The position numbers were made by a program, and so were the translations under genes. The notes beneath the pieces are model-generated. The model did no database searches. It was not told the DNA's origin and saw nothing but the letters and a program-made list of their open reading frames with translations. A stretch of 64,000 bases of DNA from Candidatus Omnitrophota bacterium. GTDB lineage: Bacteria; Omnitrophota; Omnitrophia; Omnitrophales; Aquincolibacteriaceae. How positions within the stretch are numbered: the first letter of the stretch is position 1; every line of letters starts with the position of its first letter. Below are positions 36,842 through 47,485 of this stretch, in pieces. The stretch spans positions 12,090-76,089 of the forward strand of contig JAHFHG010000002.1 in assembly GCA_023247035.1 (NCBI GenBank). The letters are read 5' to 3'.

Positions 36842-38914
36842 ATGAGTTCTCATCATCCGGATCCCGCCAACCGTTTGGCGAAAGAAAAAAGCCCTTACCT
36901 TCTCCAGCACGCCCAAAATCCCGTAGATTGGTATCCGTGGTCGGAAGAGGCCTTCGAAAAAGCAAAGCGCGAGGGCAAGATGATCTTCCTTTCCATCGGC
37001 TATTCGACCTGCCACTGGTGCCACGTGATGGAACACGAATCCTTCGAGAATCGGGAAATCGCCGCGCTCTTGAACCGGCATTTTGTCTCGATCAAAGTCG
37101 ACCGCGAAGAAAGGCCCGATATCGACCAGATTTATATGACCGCGATCCAGACGATGACCGGATCGGGAGGCTGGCCGCTGACCGCATTCCTGACTCCGGA
37201 AGGCCGGCCGGTCACCGGCGGGACCTATTTTCCTCCCGAGGACAAGTGGGGCCGGATGGGAATGAAAACCCTCCTGCCGCGGCTCGCTCAAATGTGGGAA
37301 GAAAAACGCCGGGAAATGGAAACGGCCGGAGAGCAGCTGGCGGGAATCCTTCAATCCCAGCCCTCCCCGTCTTCTCCAATGATCCTGAGTGAAGAAATTT
37401 TTACCGTCGCGCACGGCCAGTTTGCGGCAAGCTTCGATCCCGAGCACGGCGGCTTCGGAAAGGCGCCCAAGTTTCCCCGCCCGCACGATTTGTCCTTCCT
37501 TCTCCGCTATTGGAAAAGGACTTCCGGCGCGCGCGAACTTGAAATGGTGAAGACGACTTTAAATCAGATGGCCCAAGGCGGGATTTACGATCACCTCGGC
37601 GGCGGATTCCACCGCTATTCCACGGACGAGGCCTGGCTCGTCCCTCATTTTGAAAAGATGCTTTACGATCAGGCGCTTCTGGCCCGGACCTACCTTGAGG
37701 CGTACCAGGCGGCGCGAATCCCGGAATACGCGGACGTGGCGCGCGATATTTTCAATTATGTCCAGCGGGATATGACGGCTCCGGAAGGCGGATTCTATTC
37801 CGCCGAAGACGCGGACAGCGAAGGCGAAGAGGGGAAGTTTTACGTCTGGCGCCCGGAAGAAATCCGGAAAATCTTGGGCGAAGAAGACGGGAAAATTTTC
37901 AATGAATTTTATGGAATCACGGACGCCGGGAATTTTGAGCACGGGATGTCCATCCTGCACCTCACTCAGCGCATTCCGGAATTCGCGGCGCAAAAAGGGA
38001 TACCGGTTGAGGAACTGAAAAGAAAACTCGTCGAGGGCCGGCGGAAACTTTTTGAATCCCGCCGCAGAAGAATCCCGCCGCATAAGGACGATAAAATCCT
38101 CACGGCCTGGAACGGGTTAATGATTTCTGCGCTGGCGCTCGGGGCGCAAATCTTAGATGAGCCTTCTTATTCCGCAAGCGCCGGCCGGGCCGCGGATTTT
38201 ATCCTTACAAGCCTCCAGCGCGGAGGAAGGCTTTGGCGCCGCTTCCGCCAAGGCGAGGCTGCGGTCCCGGCGTTTCAGGAGGATTACGCCTTTTTTGCCT
38301 TGGGCCTCCTTGATCTTTATCAGGCCACTTTTGAAATCAAATGGTTTGAAGAGGCGAAACGGCTGACGGAAGACATGATCCGTTTTTTCTGGGATGAAAA
38401 AGCCGGCGGATTTTTTTACACGGCATCAGACAGCGAACCTTTGATCGCCCGGATGAAGGAATATTACGACGGGGCCGTCCCTTCCGGGAATTCCATCGCC
38501 GCCCTTTTGCTTTTAAGATTGAGCCACATGACGGGCGGAAGCTCTTTGCGGGAAACGGCCGAAAAAATTTTTCATTCCAACGCCCAGGCCCTGGAAAAAT
38601 ATCCGATGGCTTTTCCTCAGTTCTTGATCGCGGTCGATTTTGCGCTCGGCCCGGCGCGGGAGATTGTTTTGGCGGGAAAAAAAGACTCCCCGGATTTTCA
38701 AAATTATCTGCGGCTGCTGCGGAGCCGTTTTGAACCGCGCCAGGTCGTCTTGCATCATCCGGAAGATGAAACGGCCGGGAGGATCGAAAATTTGGCGGGT
38801 TTTATCAAGGATCAGATTGCTCCGGCGGGCAGGACCGCGGTTTATGTCTGCCGGAACCGGACGTGCCGGCGGCCGGCCGCGACACTCCAAGAGCTTGAGA
38901 AGATATTATCGTAA
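36842..38914 (+). CDS. Thioredoxin domain-containing protein YyaL/SSP411 family
   Basis: [64 protein letters not shown]. Confidence 0.95.
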   Translation: MSSHHPDPANRLAKEKSPYLLQHAQNPVDWYPWSEEAFEKAKREGKMIFLSIGYSTCHWCHVMEHESFENREIAALLNRHFVSIKVDREERPDIDQIYMTAIQTMTGSGGWPLTAFLTPEGRPVTGGTYFPPEDKWGRMGMKTLLPRLAQMWEEKRREMETAGEQLAGILQSQPSPSSPMILSEEIFTVAHGQFAASFDPEHGGFGKAPKFPRPHDLSFLLRYWKRTSGARELEMVKTTLNQMAQGGIYDHLGGGFHRYSTDEAWLVPHFEKMLYDQALLARTYLEAYQAARIPEYADVARDIFNYVQRDMTAPEGGFYSAEDADSEGEEGKFYVWRPEEIRKILGEEDGKIFNEFYGITDAGNFEHGMSILHLTQRIPEFAAQKGIPVEELKRKLVEGRRKLFESRRRRIPPHKDDKILTAWNGLMISALALGAQILDEPSYSASAGRAADFILTSLQRGGRLWRRFRQGEAAVPAFQEDYAFFALGLLDLYQATFEIKWFEEAKRLTEDMIRFFWDEKAGGFFYTASDSEPLIARMKEYYDGAVPSGNSIAALLLLRLSHMTGGSSLRETAEKIFHSNAQALEKYPMAFPQFLIAVDFALGPAREIVLAGKKDSPDFQNYLRLLRSRFEPRQVVLHHPEDETAGRIENLAGFIKDQIAPAGRTAVYVCRNRTCRRPAATLQELEKILS

Positions 38915-38945
38915 ACCCATTTTGAATAACTCCGGCGGCCGATAG

Positions 38946-40079
38946 ATGAAAATACAAGATTTTCCCGATCAAAAATTTGACGCCATTGTCTTGGGAACGG
39001 GAATTGCCGGACTGGCCGCTGCGATCTCGCTGGCGCGCCGCCGGCAAAAAGTCCTCATGATCGGCAAAAAAAATCTGGCGGGCGAGGCCTCTCCGGCCGC
39101 GGCGGGAATTTTGGATCCTTTTCTCGAAATGACTCCCGGCCATCCGCTTTTTAAATTAAGCCGCGAGGCTTTTTTCCGTTATCCGGCCTGGCTTAGGCAT
39201 CTGCGGAAGTTTACAAAAAAGGATTTGGGTTATGCCCGGCCCGGAATGCTTTACGTTGCTTTCAACCGCCGCGAGGAATCAGAATTGAGGAGGCGTTTCG
39301 CGTGGCAGCGCAAAAGCGGGATTCCCGTGATCCGGAAATCGCGTCCGGAAATTCTCAGGAGCGAGCCGCACCTTAACCGGCAAGCCCGCAGCGGTCTTTT
39401 ATATCCGACAATCGGGCGGATTAAGCCGCGCGCTTTTTTGAAGGTTCTTTTCCGCTTCGCAAAGCGCCGCGGCGTTGGAATTCTGAACACAAGGCAGGAT
39501 GCCCGCCTGCTCACGCTTCGAAACCATGTCCGTGGAGTCCAAGTGGATTCTTCGGTATACTTGTCTCCCGTTGTCATTAACGCGACCGGAGCCTGGGCGG
39601 GCAAAAATCCTTACTTAGGGATGAAGCCTCCTATTCTCCCGGCCCGAGGACAGGCGCTTGTCGTGAAGGCAAAAAAAATCACACAAAGGATCCTGCACGG
39701 CCTGGCGGGATTTTATATTGTTCCCTGGGGAAAGAATGCTTATCTTCTGGGTTCCACCGTTGAATTTTCCGGCTTCAAAGCCCGGACAACGCGGGAAGGG
39801 ATCAAAAAAATCAAGGAAGGAGCCGAAAAACTGATTCCGGCGCTGCGGGATTTTAAAGCCGTCAACCGCTGGGCGGGCCTGCGTCCTTTTTCCAAAGACG
39901 GTTTGCCCTGGATCGGCCCTACGCGAATGGGCGGCCTTTATTGGGCGCTGGGTTTTTACCGGAGCGGAATCTTGATGAGCGGTTATATCGGAGAGCTTAT
40001 GGCCGACGGAATTCTTTCGGGGAAGTGGCCGGCAATCTTAAAGCCGTTTGATCCAAGGCGGCTTTCTCGGGGAACGTAA
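38946..40079 (+). CDS. Glycine oxidase ThiO-like FAD-dependent oxidoreductase
   Basis: GTGIAG, ASPAAAGIL, ATGAW, PARGQ, WAGLRP, DGLPWIG. Confidence 0.8.
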   Translation: MKIQDFPDQKFDAIVLGTGIAGLAAAISLARRRQKVLMIGKKNLAGEASPAAAGILDPFLEMTPGHPLFKLSREAFFRYPAWLRHLRKFTKKDLGYARPGMLYVAFNRREESELRRRFAWQRKSGIPVIRKSRPEILRSEPHLNRQARSGLLYPTIGRIKPRAFLKVLFRFAKRRGVGILNTRQDARLLTLRNHVRGVQVDSSVYLSPVVINATGAWAGKNPYLGMKPPILPARGQALVVKAKKITQRILHGLAGFYIVPWGKNAYLLGSTVEFSGFKARTTREGIKKIKEGAEKLIPALRDFKAVNRWAGLRPFSKDGLPWIGPTRMGGLYWALGFYRSGILMSGYIGELMADGILSGKWPAILKPFDPRRLSRGT

Positions 40080-40101
40080 CCTTAAAAGATCCTATAAAGA
40101 G

Positions 40102-40980
40102 ATGAAAGAAAAACAAATACTGACTACGACAAAAGCCATTAAGTGGTCCGTTGCCACCGCGCTTTTTCTGGTGTTTTTAAAATTCGCGACCGGGATTCTC
40201 ACTCATTCGATGGCCATTTTGGCCTCTGCGCTGGATTCTACAATGGACCTGGCGATTTCGATCGTCAATCTGATCGCGGCCCGGGAAGCGGCGAAACCTC
40301 CGGATGAAGATCACGCCTACGGCCACGGGAAAATCGAAAGCCTCGCCGGCCTTTTGCAGAGCTTTTTGATCGGCGTGAGCGGGCTTTATGTCATTTTTGA
40401 ATCGGTGAAGCGGCTGATCTACGGGACGTATATTCAAATTATTCCCCTGGGGATCGGCGTGATGCTTCTCGCAATGCTGATCAGTCTGAGCCTTGTCTGG
40501 CGGCTCAGGATGACAGCCCGGGAAAATAAATCCCTGATCCTTTCCACCGAGACGCTCCATTACGTCACGGATGTGACCACCAACGGCGGGACGGTGGTGG
40601 CTCTCTTGCTTGTCCAGTTTACCCATTTTCCGGTTTGGGACCTCGGGGTTTCCATTGCCGTATCCTTTTATGTTTTTAGAATGGCCTACCGGATTTTACG
40701 CCAGGCCGTCGATGAGCTCTTGGACCGCAGCCTTCCTCCCGTGCCTAAAGAAGAAATCGAAAAGATTATCCAGGAATTCAGCCCGTCCGTCGTGGGGCTC
40801 CATAATTTCCGAAGCCGCCAGGTCGGCGCTCAAATTTTTTTGGATTTTCATATCGAAATCCGCGGGGAAGATGATTTCAAAAAAGCCCACACGATGACCG
40901 AATCCCTCATCGCGCGCATCCAGACGCATTATCCCGGCGCGGATGTCACGGTCCATTATGATCCGGAAGGAGAGATCTGA
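40102..40980 (+). CDS. Cation diffusion facilitator (FieF-like)
   Basis: ASALDS, PPDEDHAYGHGKIE, LHYVTD, C-terminal dimerisation domain with VHYDP. Confidence 0.92.
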   Translation: MKEKQILTTTKAIKWSVATALFLVFLKFATGILTHSMAILASALDSTMDLAISIVNLIAAREAAKPPDEDHAYGHGKIESLAGLLQSFLIGVSGLYVIFESVKRLIYGTYIQIIPLGIGVMLLAMLISLSLVWRLRMTARENKSLILSTETLHYVTDVTTNGGTVVALLLVQFTHFPVWDLGVSIAVSFYVFRMAYRILRQAVDELLDRSLPPVPKEEIEKIIQEFSPSVVGLHNFRSRQVGAQIFLDFHIEIRGEDDFKKAHTMTESLIARIQTHYPGADVTVHYDPEGEI

Positions 40981-41654
40981 TGCGGATTCTTCTTGTGGAA
41001 GATGAAAAGAAAATGGCGAGTTTTATCGAGCGCGGGCTTAAAGAAGAAGGCTACGCGGTGGACATTGCCCTGGACGGGGAGAAAGGTTTGGAATACGTAT
41101 CGATCAACGAATATGACGTCATTATTTTGGATATTTTGCTGCCCAAAATCAACGGCTTGGCCCTTTGCGAAAAAATCCGCAAGGCCGGTTCCCGACTCCC
41201 CATCCTGATGGTGACGGCCCGGGATTCGGTCCAGGATAAAATCCGCGGCCTGGATCAGGGGGCCGACGACTATTTAACGAAGCCCTTTTCGTTTGACGAG
41301 CTCCTGGCCCGCATCCGGGCCCTTTCAAGGCGCCCGCGCGAGCTCCAGGAAAAATCCGAACTCCGTTCGGGGGACCTTTCTTTAAATCTCCTGACTCGGC
41401 GTGTGTTGATCGGTAAAAATGAAGCGGCGCTTTCTCAAAAGGAATTTGCGCTTTTGGAATACCTGATGAAGCGCAAAGGCGCGGTCGTTTCCCGCACTCA
41501 AATCGCAGAGCACGTTTGGGACATCCATTTTGATCCGATGAGCAACACCATTGATGTCTACATTAATTTCCTGCGCAAAAAAATCGACGGGGATCGAAAA
41601 CAAAGCCGGATTGAAACCCTTCGAGGGGCGGGCTACCGCCTGTTAGCGGAATGA
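40980..41654 (+). CDS. OmpR-family response regulator (CusR/CzcR-like)
   Basis: MRILLVEDE, ILDILLP, GADDYLTKPF, IDVYINFLRKKID, TLRGAGY. Confidence 0.95.
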   Translation: MRILLVEDEKKMASFIERGLKEEGYAVDIALDGEKGLEYVSINEYDVIILDILLPKINGLALCEKIRKAGSRLPILMVTARDSVQDKIRGLDQGADDYLTKPFSFDELLARIRALSRRPRELQEKSELRSGDLSLNLLTRRVLIGKNEAALSQKEFALLEYLMKRKGAVVSRTQIAEHVWDIHFDPMSNTIDVYINFLRKKIDGDRKQSRIETLRGAGYRLLAE

Positions 41655-43120
41655 GACGGTTTCAATCCGTTAAATTACGGCTCACGCTTTGGTACGCTTT
41701 TGTTTTGACGGTCCTTCTTTCTTTATTCGCCTTTCTTATGTACGCCGAATTTGCCCGCGCCCTTTACCGGGATACGGACAAAAATCTTTTCTATCAGGCT
41801 TTGGAAGTCGAGCAATCCTTGAGGCGATACTGGGAGAAAATGAATCCGTCCGCCAAGGCCGGGCGGCTGGATCTAAAACCGGCTTCTTCGCTCGAAACAG
41901 TATCAAGGCTTCAAGAGGTTTTGGAAAAATGGAAACGGGAAAACCGTTTGCTGGGCCGCAGCAACCTTATGATCCGCCTGGAGGCTATGGACCACAAGCG
42001 CCTTCTTTCGAACCTTGGCGGCTGGCAGCGGGAGATTATCTTTCCGGATTTTGAGCGCGATTCCTTTTTTATGGAAAAAGGCGAATCGTTTCAGATTATC
42101 CATTTCCAGAATCAGCCCTTTCGGCTTTATTACCGGCTTGTCCGGTTCCGTACCGAGCCGGTCCTAGTGATCCAAACGGCGGATTCCGTGCAGGAAATCA
42201 AAAGGGCCTTGCAGCGGCTGGGTTTCATTATTCTCATCTCGATTCCGGGCGCTGTCGGCGCGGCTTGCATGATCGGATGGTTTTTTATGAAACGCGCGTT
42301 CTGCCCTTTAGATTCTATCGTCCGCAAGGCGCGCGAAATCACGGGAGATCATCTTGAGGGCCGGCTCCCCAGAACTTATGCGGGGGATGAACTGGACCGG
42401 CTGGCCGAGACGCTTAATGAGATGATGGACCGGCTGGAACTTTCCACCCGCGCCATTCAGGATTTCAGTTCCAATATTTCTCACGAATTAAAAACGCCGC
42501 TGGCCATTATTCGCGGAGAGATTGATCTTGCGCTCAGGAAGACCCGCTCGAATGAAGAGCTTATTCAAACCCTCGGGGTGATCGAAGGGGAGGTCAACGA
42601 GTTAATCCGCCTTGTCGACGATTTGATGCTTCTTGTTAAAAGCGACGCCAAACAAATCCATTTTGAGAAAAGAAAGGTCGCGCTTACCGATATTTTGAGG
42701 CCCGTCGCTGAACGGTTCAGGGAAAGAATCCAGACCAGAAAAATCGATTTTGCGTTGAATTTCATCGACACACCTGAGGTCGAAGGCGACGAGGTTTATC
42801 TCAAAAGGCTGTTTAGCAACCTGCTGGATAATGCCATTAAATTTACTTCCGAGGGAGGGCGTATCGGGATCGAACTCAAGAAATCAAGCCGGAATGCTTA
42901 CATTAAGATTTCCGATAACGGGATTGGGATTGAACCGCAAATGCTAACCAAAGTTTTTTCCCGTTTTTATAGGACCGACCAGGCAAGGGCCCATGAAGGA
43001 GCCGGCCTCGGGTTGAATATTGCCAAAACCATTTGCGAGGCCCATCAGGGAATCATTGAAGTTGAGAGCGCTCTCGGCGCTGGAACCACGGTTACGGTTT
43101 GCCTGCCTCTTCAGCATTAA
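41651..43120 (+). CDS. Heavy-metal-sensor-type histidine kinase (2 TM, HAMP)
   Basis: RLTLWY, DELDRLAETLN, SHELKTPL, NLLDNAIKF, DNGIG, GAGLGL. Confidence 0.93.
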   Translation: MRRFQSVKLRLTLWYAFVLTVLLSLFAFLMYAEFARALYRDTDKNLFYQALEVEQSLRRYWEKMNPSAKAGRLDLKPASSLETVSRLQEVLEKWKRENRLLGRSNLMIRLEAMDHKRLLSNLGGWQREIIFPDFERDSFFMEKGESFQIIHFQNQPFRLYYRLVRFRTEPVLVIQTADSVQEIKRALQRLGFIILISIPGAVGAACMIGWFFMKRAFCPLDSIVRKAREITGDHLEGRLPRTYAGDELDRLAETLNEMMDRLELSTRAIQDFSSNISHELKTPLAIIRGEIDLALRKTRSNEELIQTLGVIEGEVNELIRLVDDLMLLVKSDAKQIHFEKRKVALTDILRPVAERFRERIQTRKIDFALNFIDTPEVEGDEVYLKRLFSNLLDNAIKFTSEGGRIGIELKKSSRNAYIKISDNGIGIEPQMLTKVFSRFYRTDQARAHEGAGLGLNIAKTICEAHQGIIEVESALGAGTTVTVCLPLQH

Positions 43121-43125
43121 AAAAA

Positions 43126-43170
43126 TTTAATCTTATTTTAATCTTTTTTTAACTCACCGCTTGCTATCAT
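43126..43170 (+). promoter_or_regulatory. Three 11-bp-spaced direct repeats plus extended -10 (OmpR-type box)
   Basis: tttaatct (43126), tttaatct (43137), tttaactc (43148), then TGcTATCAT (43162-43170). Confidence 0.55.
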
Positions 43171-43225
43171 TCTTGGAAATTAGTCCTCTTATTCCAAGAG
43201 ACATAAAAAGACAGGAAAATCTCAC

Positions 43226-43579
43226 ATGAAAATTACAGGATTGCTTTTAAAGCCTGATTTGGAAAATTTAAAAGACGATTTTCTGAAACTCCAAAAGGAA
43301 CTAGCGGCCTTTCAACAGCCTTCCGATTTCATTCGGGAACTTAGCGCGCTTGTTCAAAACGGATTAAAGGAAATGGAGCAGAATCTTTTTGCTTTAGACC
43401 TTTATAATAATGTGGCCTCGCCTGAAAATGCGGATCCTCAAAAATTTTACTCGAATTTTCGGCGTCTAAAACTCGGCCTCCATTTCGCCCGCCGCCGAAT
43501 GAGACGTATGATTTCCACCCGCGTGCGAATCCAAAAAATACAGGAGAGACGTTCCCGTGTTTCAACATTTGCTGCATGA
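43226..43579 (+). CDS. Hypothetical helical protein
   Basis: 117-aa ORF with RBS-like acagga, in operon position. Confidence 0.6.
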   Translation: MKITGLLLKPDLENLKDDFLKLQKELAAFQQPSDFIRELSALVQNGLKEMEQNLFALDLYNNVASPENADPQKFYSNFRRLKLGLHFARRRMRRMISTRVRIQKIQERRSRVSTFAA

Positions 43580-44063
43580 ACAGTCGATCCGGACCCATTT
43601 TGAGGCGCCCAATCGCGAAGCCGCGTTAGCCGAGCTCATTGCGCTCCTGCCTTCCCGGTATTTGAGTTCCCAGCAAAAGGGGAAGATACTCGATTTGCTT
43701 CTGCAGCGGGAGAGTTTGGGGACGACCGCGATGGGCGAGGGGATCGCTTTACCGCACTGCTCGATTCCCGATATCGCTTTTCCTTTTGCCTCACTTGGGA
43801 TCAGCCGGAAAGGAATCTATTATCCTTCCTTAGACGGCGCCCCCGTTTACTTGCTCACCCTGATCCTCTTTCCGAGCGGCCAGGGATTTACCACATTTCA
43901 GCGTTACCGTATGCTGCGTGAAGTCGAGATCCTGTTCCGCGACCGGTTTTTAAAAGAACGCCTCAAGATATGCGAGTCGCCGCAGGAAGCTTATGAAATC
44001 ATCTTGCGGGAATCCTCGCATATTTCTGAAATTAAAAAGCTAAGCAATTCCTCAAGAGCCTAA
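43557..44063 (+). CDS. PTS EIIA (fructose/nitrogen, PtsN-like) domain protein
   Basis: RESLGTTAMGEGIALPH, SLDGAPV. Confidence 0.88.
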   Translation: MFQHLLHEQSIRTHFEAPNREAALAELIALLPSRYLSSQQKGKILDLLLQRESLGTTAMGEGIALPHCSIPDIAFPFASLGISRKGIYYPSLDGAPVYLLTLILFPSGQGFTTFQRYRMLREVEILFRDRFLKERLKICESPQEAYEIILRESSHISEIKKLSNSSRA

Positions 44064-44215
44064 GAAACCCTGATTCCCAAGCAGGGGCGCGCCGCCGCCG
44101 CGAAGGTCATTCTTCCGAGTGACGAACATAACGAGGAGAGTATTTTCCGGCCGCTCTCCGCTTCAGGTTGCGCCTTTATTCTTTAGTCCCGCCGAAAATG
44201 GCCGACATAACTCTT

Positions 44216-45553
44216 ATGCGAATTTTGTCGGCGATAACCAGCGAGCCGTTAGTTGTTTTGATGAAGCGAGCCCTTTCGCGTTTTAATTATGAATGGGAGG
44301 ACGTGGAAAACGGCCTCGACGCGTTTCAGCGGGTCATGACCCGGAAATTTGATCTCGTGATCCTGGAATTTGACCTGCCTAGGATGAGCGCCCTTGAGAT
44401 TTTGCGCCGGTTCGGATCGCTTGAACATTTTAACGCCCCGCCCGTCATGGTCCTTACACTTACCGAAGACCAGCGGCTCCAAATTGAATCCGGCCATTTT
44501 CACAGAACGGAGATCGTCGCGCGGCCGATGGCGATCCGGAAATTTGTCGGCAGGGTCCAGCAAATCTTGCACCAGAGCGTGCGCGTTGCGTGTTTAGGCG
44601 GGGGAACGGGGCTCTTTACCCTCCTGTTAGGATTGAAGTCCCTTTCCGGCATCAGCCTCGCCTCCATTGTAAGTATGAGTGACGACGGCGGCTCCACGGG
44701 AAAATTAAGAGATATGTTCGGAATTTTGCCTCCCGGCGATATCCGCCGCAGTCTCGTCGCTCTTTCCACGGCGCCGGATCTTCTCAATGAGTTGATGCAA
44801 TACCGTTTCAAGCGCGGGGAGGGCCTCGCCGGGCACACGCTGGGCAACTTGTTCTTGACCGCGCTTTCCGAAATGAGGGGATCGATGCCGCAAGCCGTAA
44901 AGGCGATCAGCGAAATCCTCAATATTCAAGGAGAGGTGATCCCTGTCACGGACACGGTCAATACCTTGAAGGCCAGACTCGAAAACGGTTCGACCCTTGA
45001 AGGGGAGCGCCGCATTGACCTTTTCGAGGGGCACGATCCGCGCGTAAGGATCAGCGAGCTCTGGCAGGAGCCTGCCGCAGAGGCCAATCCCGAGGCCTTG
45101 GAAGCGCTTTTTAATGCGCGTTTTATTATTTTAGGCCCCGGCGACCTTTTCACCAGCGTGATCTCCAATTTAATCGTAGGCAGCATTGCCGAAGCCATTT
45201 GTTCCAGCCGCGCCAAAAAAATTTATATTTGCAATGTAATGACCAAACCGGGCGAGACCACGGATTTCAGCGTCGGGGATCACGTCCGGGAAATCCTCAA
45301 ATACCTGAAAAAAGATGCGCTGGATTATGTCCTGTGTTCGTCCACTGCATTTTCAGAAACGTCGCTTGAAAAATACGCCGAGAAAAGTCAGATTCCGGTC
45401 GTGGAAAATTTTCCGGATCAGCTTCGCAGCCTCACCAAGGCGGAGGTGTTGTGGGCTGACATGGGATCGGAAAGCGAACTCGTCCGGCACGACAGCGTCA
45501 AATTAGCGGCCGAATTGAAGAAAATTTTGGAAAAAGAAAACAGGCACCTTTAA
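44216..45553 (+). CDS. Atypical receiver domain fused to YvcK/GlmR (UPF0052)
   Basis: N-terminal DLVILEFDLPRMSA receiver; GGGTGL, DDGGSTGKLR, PPGDIR, GHTLGNL, GPGDLFTS, NVMTKPGET, RHD. Confidence 0.9.
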   Translation: MRILSAITSEPLVVLMKRALSRFNYEWEDVENGLDAFQRVMTRKFDLVILEFDLPRMSALEILRRFGSLEHFNAPPVMVLTLTEDQRLQIESGHFHRTEIVARPMAIRKFVGRVQQILHQSVRVACLGGGTGLFTLLLGLKSLSGISLASIVSMSDDGGSTGKLRDMFGILPPGDIRRSLVALSTAPDLLNELMQYRFKRGEGLAGHTLGNLFLTALSEMRGSMPQAVKAISEILNIQGEVIPVTDTVNTLKARLENGSTLEGERRIDLFEGHDPRVRISELWQEPAAEANPEALEALFNARFIILGPGDLFTSVISNLIVGSIAEAICSSRAKKIYICNVMTKPGETTDFSVGDHVREILKYLKKDALDYVLCSSTAFSETSLEKYAEKSQIPVVENFPDQLRSLTKAEVLWADMGSESELVRHDSVKLAAELKKILEKENRHL

Positions 45554-45558
45554 AACGG

Positions 45559-45579
45559 AGCGGGCGCGCCGCTTTTTTT
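45559..45579 (+). terminator. Intrinsic terminator after the yvcK fusion gene
   Basis: agcgg-gcgcg-ccgct followed by a T run. Confidence 0.6.
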
Positions 45580-45760
45580 ATTTGCTTTCTGGTTGTAAAC
45601 TCGTATGATACGAAACAGATCACGGCTAAAATGAAGAAGCGAGTGGCCCTTCAAAAATAGCCCTCATTGTTTTTTTGATTCGCAAAAAATTTCCAACATA
45701 AGGACTTCGCTTTTCAATTGCCCATTCACATCCTAAAAGAGAATCCGCTTCTTTATTGAG

Positions 45761-47485
45761 ATGAGAGGCCCGGAACCGGTTTTTATAAGAGAGCAAGTAC
45801 GTTTTCAAATCGAAAAACGTATTGAGGCCCTGTTGAAAGGTTACCGGCAGAATTTGGGGATCCTGGGCCCCGAAGGGATGGGAAAAACTTTTATTCTGTC
45901 CTCCCTTTTCCGGACGTTCTCCCTGCAGTCCCAATTGATCCCCATTTACGTTCACGCCGAGGCGCTTCATTTCAACCATTTTATCGACCGCTGGCTCAAG
46001 GGCGTGATTTCCGGCCTTCTTACGGGCCTAAGTGAACAGAAAATTTCATCTCAGGGAGAGAATTTTTTTGAGGCGGCGGAGCCGTTTGTCCCGAAGACCG
46101 TAGAGAGAATCAAACATTTGAAGAAGCAGCTCTGTCGTGAAAAAAGTGCGCCGCTTCTTAAAGAGCTTTTTTCTCTGACGGGAGTTGCGGCCCGGGAAAC
46201 GGGACGAAAAATCATTTTAATGATCGATGAGTTTCAAGCCCTTTCGAGGCTTCCGGTGGCAAATCCTTACGCCTTATTGGGACATGAAATCATGATCCAG
46301 CCGAATACGCTTTTTATGGTGGCCAGTTCCCAGGCCGCCAAGGCCCACGAGATTTTCCGCGAACACCTGACCCTGCTTTTTGGAAATTTCGAAGTCATCA
46401 AACTGGTTTCTTTTAGTTTCTCGCAGGCCTCGGCCTTTTTAACCAACCGCCTGCCTTTTCTTTCCCTGACGAACTCGCAAAAAAGGTTCCTCATCCGTAT
46501 GACGGATGGCTGCCCTGCTTATTTGGAGATGCTCTCTGACCGCCTGGCTTCTTTTTTCCCCCGCCGGCAGCGGGAGGCATTTTTTCTCTCGGAGCAAGAC
46601 TTCGCGCCTGCAACCGACGAAGATATCCTGACCGCTTTCCAGGATGAGCTTTTCGATGAGAAAGGCCGGCTGGCTTTGAGGTTTGAAAGGCGCCTTGAAA
46701 ATTGCAAGCATCTTTCAAAAGATCCCGCCGCTTTCGTTCAGGCCCTTTGGGCAGTCGCCGAAGGCAGAAGAAGAGTTTCCGAGATTGCTTTTTCCATTCA
46801 GCGAAAATCGGCCGAGACTAAAAAGATTCTAAGCCGTCTTGTCGAAGAAAATTTTCTTTTTAAACAGGGGGCGTTTTATTCCCTTGAAGATCCGCTGTTC
46901 CAGTTTTGGCTCCGCTGGATTGATCACCGAAAGCAAAGTCTGCCGATTCAGGATGCGGAGCGCTTTCGGGAAGAATTCTACCGGGTCCTCGCCGGAGAGT
47001 TTGAAAAAAGCGAAGCGGAAGAAAATACCGGCGTCGCGGCCAAGGCGGAGGCTTTATTGAGGGAATTTCGTAATGATGTCCTGGAAATCGACGACCGCAA
47101 GATCCGCTGCCCCCAATTTTCCGAAATTTCTATGCGGCCCGCCCACGGCAGGTTTTTTGCGCTTGTCGCCCGCAGCCCCAAAGAAAAATGGATATGCCAC
47201 ATCCTCCGCGAATTAGCGCGCGAAGAAGATGTCTTGTCCCTGTTGGAAGAATCCAAACGTTACCGCCGGAGCGCGCACCGCAAGATTCTGATTACGGTTG
47301 GCGGCATCGAGCAGAATGCGAAGCTTATGGCGCAGGAAGCAAAGGTCCAGCTTTGGGACCTCAGAAGCTTCAACCGTTTGCTGGACCTCTACAATCAACC
47401 CAAAATCGTTCTCTTATCCGAACCCGAAAAAGAGTTTGATGGACCAGCTCTGGGCCCCTTGGCGCAAAGCTTACATTCGGCCTAA
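45761..47485 (+). CDS. Archaeal-type AAA+ ATPase with wHTH and C-terminal DUF234/nuclease-like region
   Basis: GPEGMGKT Walker A, IDEFQ Walker B, TDGCPAYL, DPLFQFWL. Confidence 0.75.
   Translation: MRGPEPVFIREQVRFQIEKRIEALLKGYRQNLGILGPEGMGKTFILSSLFRTFSLQSQLIPIYVHAEALHFNHFIDRWLKGVISGLLTGLSEQKISSQGENFFEAAEPFVPKTVERIKHLKKQLCREKSAPLLKELFSLTGVAARETGRKIILMIDEFQALSRLPVANPYALLGHEIMIQPNTLFMVASSQAAKAHEIFREHLTLLFGNFEVIKLVSFSFSQASAFLTNRLPFLSLTNSQKRFLIRMTDGCPAYLEMLSDRLASFFPRRQREAFFLSEQDFAPATDEDILTAFQDELFDEKGRLALRFERRLENCKHLSKDPAAFVQALWAVAEGRRRVSEIAFSIQRKSAETKKILSRLVEENFLFKQGAFYSLEDPLFQFWLRWIDHRKQSLPIQDAERFREEFYRVLAGEFEKSEAEENTGVAAKAEALLREFRNDVLEIDDRKIRCPQFSEISMRPAHGRFFALVARSPKEKWICHILRELAREEDVLSLLEESKRYRRSAHRKILITVGGIEQNAKLMAQEAKVQLWDLRSFNRLLDLYNQPKIVLLSEPEKEFDGPALGPLAQSLHSA

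Noticed and set aside
44064-44175. Structured leader before the yvcK fusion, with acgaggagag...ctctcc reminiscent of the glmS ribozyme
   Set aside because: Lacks the AGCGCC cleavage-site and core pseudoknot consensus; more likely a degenerate REP-like element.
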